Shown: piece after piece, positions 56,752 through 64,000 of the stretch
Layout of the letters: each line of letters begins with the position of its first letter
Numbering within the stretch: the first letter of the stretch is position 1
Assembly: GCA_963826785.1 (NCBI GenBank)
Contig: CAWGYD010000005.1
Location: 224,001-288,000 of the forward strand
DNA from: an uncultured delta proteobacterium
GTDB taxonomy: Bacteria > Desulfobacterota > Desulfobacteria > Desulfobacterales > Desulfosalsimonadaceae
DNA: 64,000 bases
Direction: 5' to 3'
Program-made: the position numbers and the translations under genes
Notes under the pieces: generated by a model
Told to the model about the DNA's origin: nothing
Database searches by the model: none
The model's input: only the letters and a program-made list of their open reading frames with translations

Positions 56752-56886
56752 CCTGCCAGGGGGGGGACTGAGGGGGGTGAGCCGTCCGGTAGTGAAAAAT
56801 TTTTTGGCGAATCCTTGATAAAATCGTAAAAAGTCTTTATGAGACAACATTGATGAAGCCGTAAAAAGTCGGATTTTACGCTTTCG

Positions 56887-58734
56887 ATAGGGGTCGGGAA
56901 AGGCTCTCGCCCTCCCCGCCCTCCGAACCGTGCGTGCGGTTCTCCCGCACACGGCTCTCCAGTTGGTAGTTTCAACATCGTGACTGGCGCGCCACAGCAT
57001 GGGCTTCGGTTAAGGTGAAAAGCCCGTGCTCAGCGAAAAATGCATTAGGCCAGCGTTTATGATCGGCCAGGCAGCGACCCATACCCGGTCGTCGCTTTTG
57101 TTTGCGCAAGACAGATCGCAGTCGGCGGCGGACAAAACCATCAATCATCTTAAAGGTAAATGGATTCGCATGTTTGAAGTAGCCAAACCAACCTATGAGC
57201 ATCGGATTCAAACTGCCTATTATCTGGTCCAGGCTCTCTCCACGGGATCGGCCGGTTTTGGCCCGTATACGCTCCCGCAGGGACTTGAGGCTTTTCTTTC
57301 GAACCCATCGCTTTCCGGCTTCAAACCGGTAACCCAGGAAGTCAAAGCCTTGTCCTTCTACTGTGCAGTCTCCCACGTGGGTTTTGTCCGGATGCAGGGT
57401 AAGTTCATTTTCTTTTACCCAGGCGCGTATGTCGGCCAGGGCCGACTGCGCTGCCTCTGCACTGGGACACATCACCACAAAGTCATCTGCGTATCGGACC
57501 ATGCGATAACCTTTTGTCCGCATCAGCACATCCAGCGGATGCAGGTACAGGTTCGCCAGCAGGGGACTGATCACCGCACCTTGCGGAGTTCCTCCGGTCG
57601 GCGTCCAGCGCTCCAGCCCACGGACGATATCCTGACCCAGGTATCCCCGAATCAGATCCAGAATACGCCCGTCGCTGATGCGCTCCTGCACTCGGATCAT
57701 CAATCGGTCATGCGGAATGGTGTCAAAGTAGCTCGCAAGGTCGGCGTCCACAACGTGCGTGTAGCCTGCCTTAATCAAACCGTCTACCTCCCGCAGGGCG
57801 TCTTTGCATCCGCGTCCAGGTCGAAAGCCATAGCTCGAATCCAGAAAGTCCCATTCGAAAATCGGCTCTATTACCAGCTTCAGCGCAGTTTGTACGATGC
57901 GGTCTTTTACCGCCGGAATGCCCAGGGGTCGAGTGCGACCCGGCCCTTTGGGTATCTCCACGCGCTTGACCGGCTGCGGCCGGTAAGTGCCGGCCTTCAA
58001 TGCTTCTTCCAGCTCCTTAAGATATTTATCCGCCTTCAACGAAAACCGCTCAACGCTCTGCCCGTCCACTCCGGCCGCCCCCTTGTTTCGCGCGACCTTG
58101 TGCCACGCCAGTTCCAGGGTGCCGGGACGAACCAGCTTGTCGATCAAGCTGAACCACTTGCCTCCTTTGACGCCGTTTTCCAGCGCCGCCAGCATGCGCG
58201 GCGTCCAAATCGAGGCTTCCACCCAGCACCAGTCCCGATGCCCGGTCTCTGCGCCTTGCTTAGCCGTTACCGGCACTGCCGGCGCTTTGCTTATGCTTTG
58301 CCTGTCGTTGGATTTCACGCATCTACCTTCCTGCCTCCCTTCCCTCGGCACGGTTTTGCTTCCCGCGCTTTCCGCAGCATCGGCTGCTTCGGTACTATGA
58401 AGGCTCTGACTCCTGCCTGCGTCACCTCGCAAACAGGTCTCTCCGCTTATCTCGCCACACCTTTCCGGCGTTCCACCTCCAACCACGTGATGCGCCCCGG
58501 CACCGCTTTACGCGCCAATACCCAGCGTACCGGACGATTTTCGGACTTCACCATGAATGAGCAGGCTCGTCGCTGCATCCCGCCGAATCAAGTTCGTCAT
58601 CCTGCGGACCGCCAGTTCGTCTCCGGTTGCTCTCCACCCCACCTCGCGGTGACGCAGTTACCCTCGACTACGGGGCCTTGGCTTACCCCGACACGGACTT
58701 ACACCGTGCTGATATGGCGCCTTTACGGACGCAC
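56887..58734 (-). mobile_element. complete group II intron (1848 nt)
   Basis: 5' GTGCG; domain V GAGCCGTGTGCGGGAGAACCGCACGCACGGTTC; 3' end ACCCCTAT; boundaries confirmed by the empty-site copy. Confidence 0.95.
56972..58318 (-). CDS. ltrA: group II intron reverse transcriptase/maturase, no endonuclease domain
   Basis: GAAGVDG, RPLGIP, GTPQG, YADD and FLGY; probable GTG start at 58318. Confidence 0.93.
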   Translation of the reverse strand: MKSNDRQSISKAPAVPVTAKQGAETGHRDWCWVEASIWTPRMLAALENGVKGGKWFSLIDKLVRPGTLELAWHKVARNKGAAGVDGQSVERFSLKADKYLKELEEALKAGTYRPQPVKRVEIPKGPGRTRPLGIPAVKDRIVQTALKLVIEPIFEWDFLDSSYGFRPGRGCKDALREVDGLIKAGYTHVVDADLASYFDTIPHDRLMIRVQERISDGRILDLIRGYLGQDIVRGLERWTPTGGTPQGAVISPLLANLYLHPLDVLMRTKGYRMVRYADDFVVMCPSAEAAQSALADIRAWVKENELTLHPDKTHVGDCTVEGQGFDFLGYRFEAGKRWVRKKSLKSLRERIRAKTGRSRGESLDQIIGSLNPMLIGWFGYFKHANPFTFKMIDGFVRRRLRSVLRKQKRRPGMGRCLADHKRWPNAFFAEHGLFTLTEAHAVARQSRC

Positions 58735-58852
58735 TCATTCCGGCGGAGGCCGGAATCTACTACAAACTAAGTTGGTTATAGACTCCGGTTTTCACCGGAG
58801 TGACGAACTTCGGACTTTTTACGGGTTCATCAACATTTGAAATGCATAATTT

Positions 58853-59806
58853 TTGCGCAGAATCTATAAATTCTCAGTCCCGCTTTGCGAGAAAATAACA
58901 CCTTACGAGCCCATCAAATTGATAGACAAAGATCCGCACTTTATCTCGGTGATTATCCCGAGCACCGGACGCAGCACCCTTTCCGAGACAAAAGACGCAT
59001 TAAACCGTCAGACCAGACCTCCCGATGAAGTGGTTGTGGTTTTCGACAAAAACCGAAAAGGACCGAGTTGGGCCAGAAATGAAGGGTTTGCAAAAACGAA
59101 GGGAGATCTGGTGGCGTTTACAGATGATGATTGTATTCCAGGGGAGGATTGGCTTGAGCGGATGGCGGCGGCGATTGACAAATATGACGCGGCCATGGTC
59201 AGCAGCCATTACCTTGAGACGGATCCGTTCCTTCAGGAAATCCGGCTCCGCCGACGGTTTCCGACCGAAGACCGGATCAATCCGGACGGGTTTGTGGGCA
59301 ACACCGGCAATGTCATCTATCGCCGGTCGTGTCTGGAGGAGTGCCTGAATGTGGACGGGTTTATCTTCAACCCGGTTTTTAAAACCTATGGGTGCGAAGA
59401 CATCGACCTGGTTTTCAGGTTGCAGCGCCGGGGACACAAAGTCGTGTTTATCGACAACCGGATCAAACACCTGAAAAAAATGACGCCTGTAAAATACCTG
59501 CGACACCAGTTTAGCAGAGGAATCGGCATCGGCATCCTCTATGGGACACAGAAGCCCTTCAAACCGGAGCAGGCACCGGATAAAAGTCTGCTGTGGGATG
59601 AGAAAAAGACAGGCCGCCGCGCCGGCAAGTGGCTGCTCATGATTTGGAGAAAAGTCTTTGGACCCTTTGACGGGCAAAGTTTTTCGACCGTCAGGCACTT
59701 TCTGGTTTTCTGGCTCGGTGAGAAAACACAGGCACTTGGTTTTCTATATGCGCTTGCGGTCAAATACAAAAAGAGGCATCCAATCAGCATGATGACGGAT
59801 AAATGA
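58853..59806 (+). CDS. GT2 glycosyltransferase
   Basis: SVIIP, ARNEG, FTDDD and CEDID; start uncertain. Confidence 0.85.
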   Translation: MRRIYKFSVPLCEKITPYEPIKLIDKDPHFISVIIPSTGRSTLSETKDALNRQTRPPDEVVVVFDKNRKGPSWARNEGFAKTKGDLVAFTDDDCIPGEDWLERMAAAIDKYDAAMVSSHYLETDPFLQEIRLRRRFPTEDRINPDGFVGNTGNVIYRRSCLEECLNVDGFIFNPVFKTYGCEDIDLVFRLQRRGHKVVFIDNRIKHLKKMTPVKYLRHQFSRGIGIGILYGTQKPFKPEQAPDKSLLWDEKKTGRRAGKWLLMIWRKVFGPFDGQSFSTVRHFLVFWLGEKTQALGFLYALAVKYKKRHPISMMTDK

Positions 59807-60948
59807 TGGAAAAGCCACTGATCCGACTGGCCGTCGGAATTCTTCGAACAATCCCGGAACCCGTTGCATATCCGCTGATCCGGCTCGCCGGCACGGTGCG
59901 CCGACGGTATGCCGTCCGGCGGAAAATTCCGGAGATGATCATTTTTTTCATCACCAACCGCTGCAATGCCGCATGCGACCATTGTTTTTACTGGAAGGAA
60001 GTCGCAGGGGCAGCGGATGAAATGTCTATACAAGAGATTGGGAAATTATCAAAGAGTCTCCGGGGCGTCAAAGCCATCAGTTTGACCGGCGGCGAACCGT
60101 TTCTAAGAGAGGACCTGGCGGATATCGTCCGGCTGTTTTCAGATGCGGGGGTCAGCATCATCAGCATTCCGACCAACGGCATCCGGTTTGAAAAAATCAT
60201 CGATTTTGCCAAAAACATGTCGGCAATCATCGGACACGCCACGCTCAAAATAAATGTCTCCATCGACGGGCCTCGGGAATGGCACGACCATATTCGAAAC
60301 GTCAAAGGCTGTTATGACAGGGCGATGAAAACCATCATGGGGTTGAAGGCCGTCATGGAAACCCGCGACAATTTATCCGTTGCCGTCGCCACTACCGTGA
60401 CCCATGGTAATTTGCCGTACCTGAAGGATTTCCTTCCTGAGCTGTGCCGGTTGAATGTGCCGCTGATCGTTTCACCGGTCAGGGGGGGCGGCAATAACAC
60501 CATCGGCATCCCTGTAAACATCAGGAGGGATTTGAATCCCCAGAATGCCGATATTCTCGTGTCGGCAGAGGAGATGGATCATCTCAGATCTCTGCTGACG
60601 GCGGCCGCGAACAAACAGGGCTTTGTAAACTGGAGTGCGTTTCAGCAGGTCAAACTGGAGATGATGGGCAATGTCATGAAACATCAGCACCGGATGCTCG
60701 ACTGCCTGGCCGGATATGCGGATGGCGTAATCTACAACAATGGTGATGTGGCGCTATGCGAGCCGACCAAACCGTTCGGAAACCTCAGGGATGTGGACAT
60801 GGATTTCAAATCGCTCTGGTGGTCAAAGGCCGCCGACGATATGAGGAAACGGACCAGGGGCTGTTTCTGCATTCACCCGTGCAACCTGGGCACAAACATG
60901 AAATATGACGCAGACTGCCTGAACAAGATCATCCGGAACCCAAAGTAG
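59803..60948 (+). CDS. radical SAM / SPASM-twitch domain protein
   Basis: CNAACDHC, TGGEP and C-terminal Cys cluster. Confidence 0.85.
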   Translation: MMEKPLIRLAVGILRTIPEPVAYPLIRLAGTVRRRYAVRRKIPEMIIFFITNRCNAACDHCFYWKEVAGAADEMSIQEIGKLSKSLRGVKAISLTGGEPFLREDLADIVRLFSDAGVSIISIPTNGIRFEKIIDFAKNMSAIIGHATLKINVSIDGPREWHDHIRNVKGCYDRAMKTIMGLKAVMETRDNLSVAVATTVTHGNLPYLKDFLPELCRLNVPLIVSPVRGGGNNTIGIPVNIRRDLNPQNADILVSAEEMDHLRSLLTAAANKQGFVNWSAFQQVKLEMMGNVMKHQHRMLDCLAGYADGVIYNNGDVALCEPTKPFGNLRDVDMDFKSLWWSKAADDMRKRTRGCFCIHPCNLGTNMKYDADCLNKIIRNPK

Positions 60949-61011
60949 AATGTTGCCGTTGGCGTCTGGCGCTCCCAGGGAACTTAACCCGGTTGATTTC
61001 TCACTGGTCCA

Positions 61012-61106
61012 ACACCCCCCTGGCCCCCCTCAAGGGGGGAATTTGGTCATAATTTCAAGGCATAATCCACCCTTGAGTTGTTCAGGGGGGAATTAAAGGG
61101 GGGTGT
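61012..61106. repeat. family C C/G-run hairpin pair
   Basis: ACACCCCCCTGGCCCCCCTCAAGGGGGGAATT, matching the copy at 11897. Confidence 0.8.
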
Positions 61107-61132
61107 GCCGGCGGCCGTTAGGATTCAAAATT

Positions 61133-61266
61133 TGATGAAGCCGTAAAAAGTCGGATTTTACACTTTCGTCATTCCGGCGGAGGCCGGAATCTACTACAAA
61201 CTGAGCTGGTTATAGACTCCGGTTTTCACCGGAGTGACGAACTTCGGACTTTTTACGGGTTCATCA
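61133..61266. repeat. family A element, intact (empty intron target)
   Basis: TGATGAAGCCGTAAAAAGTC ... GACTTTTTACGGGTTCATCA with two internal REP hairpins. Confidence 0.92.
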
Positions 61267-61311
61267 AAATTTCTTGCTGCAAAAACGCCGTCCGGCGGGG
61301 TCGGGTGCTCT

Positions 61312-62430
61312 TTATGCTGATGGTCGGAAATTGGATCGATGCCGGGCCTGCGCAAACAGCTCTTCGTAAATGGCCATATGTTTTTTCATGGCAATTTCGT
61401 TTTCAAATACCGCTTTCACATACTGATGGCCCTTTTCCCCCTGTTTTTGCCACCGTTGATCTTCCAGGAGAAACCGGAGTCCTTTTTCAAAGTCATTGTT
61501 CTTTGCATGGTAGCCGAATTGCGATGCAAACCCGTCCGGGTCCACATGGCTGAGGATCGCGCATTTGGCAGCGGCCGATTCGAGAAAGGAATTGGGGAGC
61601 GCTTCCCGGGTGGCGGTGTTTACCATGATCCAGCTCTCCTTTCGCATCCGGGCATGGTCTTCTGACGCAAACTGGTCGACAAAGCCAGCAAATTCCAGGT
61701 TCGGGATGTTCGCATATTTTTTTCGAAGATACGCCTCCCACCCCTTGTCCCGGGACTTGCCCATAACGATGAATTTCACCTGCGGAAATTTTTCGGCAAG
61801 ATCTAAAAACAGCTCCGGCCGTTTCCGCCTGTCCAGACGGGCAAGGTAGCATACGGTGGGCGTTTTCGCTTTTTCGATATTGTCCGGCAGTGAAACCGGC
61901 GTCGGCAGAAATTCGGGATCCTGCCGGAGATGGTACATTGTTTTGACTTTGGGGATCAAATAGTTGGCGATGGTATAGACCCGGTCCATCCGCCGAATAC
62001 ATCGACGCACGAACAGATTGTTTTCAAACAGATAATTATGCAGAACCTGCCACCGGTTCAGGGAGGGAAGCTCAAACTCCATTTTCCAGTCGGTGGTATC
62101 CCGGGGATCCCGAAACGTCACCATATGTTTTTTATGCGGCATGGATCTCAGGGCCAGAAAGGTGGTGAGAGACGGCTCGCAGGAATGGTAGATATCCGCG
62201 TTGCAGTTTCTCAGCAGGCGGGCCGCCTCAAACGGATAATAGGGAGAAAACCCGTACACGGTGATGCCGTCGAGTATTTCAACCGGCTTCTGGCCTTTTC
62301 TGCGGGGAACCACTGCACACACCGATACACCCCGCCGGGCAAGCTCCCCGCCGATGGTACGGGTGGCTCTGCCGAACCCGCCGAATTTTCCCCACGCAAA
62401 TATTTCAACGGATATGAGGCAAATCTTCAT
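61312..62430 (-). CDS. GT4 glycosyltransferase
   Basis: N-terminal GGFG, RKRP and EALPNSFLE motifs. Confidence 0.85.
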   Translation of the reverse strand: MKICLISVEIFAWGKFGGFGRATRTIGGELARRGVSVCAVVPRRKGQKPVEILDGITVYGFSPYYPFEAARLLRNCNADIYHSCEPSLTTFLALRSMPHKKHMVTFRDPRDTTDWKMEFELPSLNRWQVLHNYLFENNLFVRRCIRRMDRVYTIANYLIPKVKTMYHLRQDPEFLPTPVSLPDNIEKAKTPTVCYLARLDRRKRPELFLDLAEKFPQVKFIVMGKSRDKGWEAYLRKKYANIPNLEFAGFVDQFASEDHARMRKESWIMVNTATREALPNSFLESAAAKCAILSHVDPDGFASQFGYHAKNNDFEKGLRFLLEDQRWQKQGEKGHQYVKAVFENEIAMKKHMAIYEELFAQARHRSNFRPSA

Positions 62431-62884
62431 CAGGCGCAGCCTTCTATACGCATAACTAACATTTAGAAAAATAAACCGGGGACCGATCGACGGGTTGCCC
62501 GTCAGCCGATAGCGTCGCCGCCAAATTGCCGCCACATCGCCTTCATGTCCTGATGCGCCTTGGCGTTCAATGCGGTGTATGCGGTTTTCAGCATCTGCTT
62601 TACGTCATCCCCATGACGAAACACATGGTCCGAACTGCCGGCAAGTTGCCTCGGGTAATCGCCTTCAAGGGGCAGTACGGGAAAGGGGTAATCAAACAAG
62701 CTGAAGAGCCCTATAATACATCGGCCGGCGATACCGCTTTTCAAGATAATTGATCCAGTGTGTCGAGCGGGGTTTGAAACCGGTCCGTTAACGCCATTCT
62801 GTCGTTTAAAATCACAATCTGTTTTTTCATAAGTGCAAGCTAATACCACCAGAGGCATGGATTGCAAACGACTTTTTAAAATTT

Positions 62885-63013
62885 TGATGAACCCGTAAAG
62901 TCGGATTTTACACTTTCGTCATTCCAGCGAAGGCCGGAATCCAGTTTTTCCAATCGGTCTTGCCCCCCGCCTGCGCCGGGCTGACGAACTTTGGACTTTT
63001 TACGACTCCATCA
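62885..63013. repeat. family A element; its right end overlaps the trpA stop codon
   Basis: Same ends and REP doublet; terminal CATCA reads TGA on the minus strand at 63011-63013. Confidence 0.8.
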
Positions 63014-63818
63014 TACATGAACCGATTTCGTGGCCGCCTTAAATGCGGATGTCATCTTCCCGATGCGTTCCGCCAGATCGGAATTGCCGATGTTTTCTTC
63101 GATCATCCGCTCAAATGCGCTGCCGATAACCACGCCGTCGGCAAGGGCGGCTACCGCACGGACATCTTCATCCGTGGAGATGCCGAAACCCACGCACACG
63201 GGCAGATCGGTCACGGATCGCAGGATTTCCATCTGTCCCCCGATTTCAGAGGTGTCCAGCCCATCGCTGCCGGTCACGCCGGTCTTTGACACCAGGTACA
63301 GAAACCCGGATGCGGCCTTGGCGATTTTGGCCATCCGCTCCTTCGGGGTGGTGGGTGCCACCAGGTTGATGAAGGAAAAGGCGTTTTCATCCCAGCCGGC
63401 GATGAGTTCCCCGGATTCCTCCAGGGGCAGGTCCACCACCAGCAGGCCATCGGCACCCGACATGTCGCGCATCTTCATAGAACCGGTCGGTGCCGTAAGC
63501 CAGAATGGGATTGTAATAGGAAAACAGGATAATCGGAATATCCGTGAATTGACGGATCTGATCGGTCATTTCAAGAACGGTCGGCAGGCTGACCCCGTTT
63601 TTCAAGGCGCGCATGGAGGAGCGCTGGATGACCGGTCCGTCGGCAGTGGGATCGGAAAAAGGGACCCCCAGTTCCAGGATGTCCATACCGTTTTCACACA
63701 TGGCCCGAATGATTTTAGTGGAACTTTTCAAATCCGGATCGCCCGCCGTGACAAACCCTACCAGGGCTTTTTCCTGTTTTACTTTCAGGCGTTCAAATGT
63801 TTTTTTCAATCGGCTCAT
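63011..63818 (-). CDS. trpA: tryptophan synthase alpha chain (frameshift near 63470)
   Basis: [23 protein letters not shown] and DGVVIGSA. Confidence 0.93.
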
Positions 63819-63821
63819 TGC

Positions 63822-64000
63822 TTACGCTCCTTTTTCCACGGATGTGACGATCCCCAAATCCTTGTCCCCCCGGCCGGACAGGTTCACGATGATGATGTCG
63901 TTTTTGTCTCTGCTTTTTGCTTCCACGAGGGCGGCGGCCAGGGCGTGGGAACTCTCCAGGGCCGGGATGATGCCTTCGGTGCGGCAGAGCAGATAGAAAG
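63822..64000 (-). CDS. trpB: tryptophan synthase beta chain, C-terminal part (runs off the window)
   Basis: [14 protein letters not shown] and NLSGRGDKD. Confidence 0.93.
   Translation of the reverse strand, partial: FYLLCRTEGIIPALESSHALAAALVEAKSRDKNDIIIVNLSGRGDKDLGIVTSVEKGA

Larger units (their letters stand above)
56851..58832. repeat. family A element split by the group II intron (56851-56886 + 58735-58832)
   Basis: Joined halves give 134 bp that differ at 3 positions from 61133-61266. Confidence 0.92.

Noticed and set aside
56887..58734. RT as retron, DGR or CRISPR-associated RT
   Set aside because: Clear intron termini and domain V/VI; no template/variable repeat pair seen; about 24 kb from the array
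57026..58840. 604-aa ORF antisense to the intron RT
   Set aside because: Shadow frame of the RT and ribozyme; no recognisable motifs, and it runs through the flanking repeat
62502..62867. 121-aa minus-strand ORF
   Set aside because: No motif or clear RBS; cannot be supported

Overview
A ~55-60% GC (estimated by eye) bacterial window, most likely from a Desulfobacterales-like sulfate reducer (inferred from the DVU0772-family gene, cooS and the general gene content). Main content in order: an ABC transporter with a diheme lipoprotein; an RNA-modification cluster (RsmG-TrmH fusion, RluA); a KamA radical SAM / YkgJ / two ATP-grasp ligases / GNAT operon of unknown product; a type I-G (I-U) CRISPR-Cas locus (WYL, HIRAN remnant, csb1, csb2, cas3, short cas8g-like, cargo ORFs, cas4-cas1, cas2, 37 repeats and 36 spacers); metX-metW-fdhD-modF; cooS; an arsenosugar-type glycosyltransferase cluster; cysQ-sat/cysC and glycan genes; trpBA. 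Many genes are frameshifted, including metX and trpA, so some breaks are probably assembly errors. The most unusual signal is a nested set of small mobile repeats. First, a complete group II intron (56887-58734) sits exactly inside a CGTC-type REP-bearing miniature element whose empty-site twin lies at 61133-61266, and its putative EBS1 is complementary to the conserved REP core. Second, a TIR-bounded element with 7-bp target duplications carries a GIY-YIG nuclease gene between inverted REP hairpins and is inserted twice into a C/G-run hairpin repeat family. The CRISPR spacers also share a strongly non-host GATC/TCGA/CATG-rich signature. Family assignments are from motif recognition only; no database search was run.
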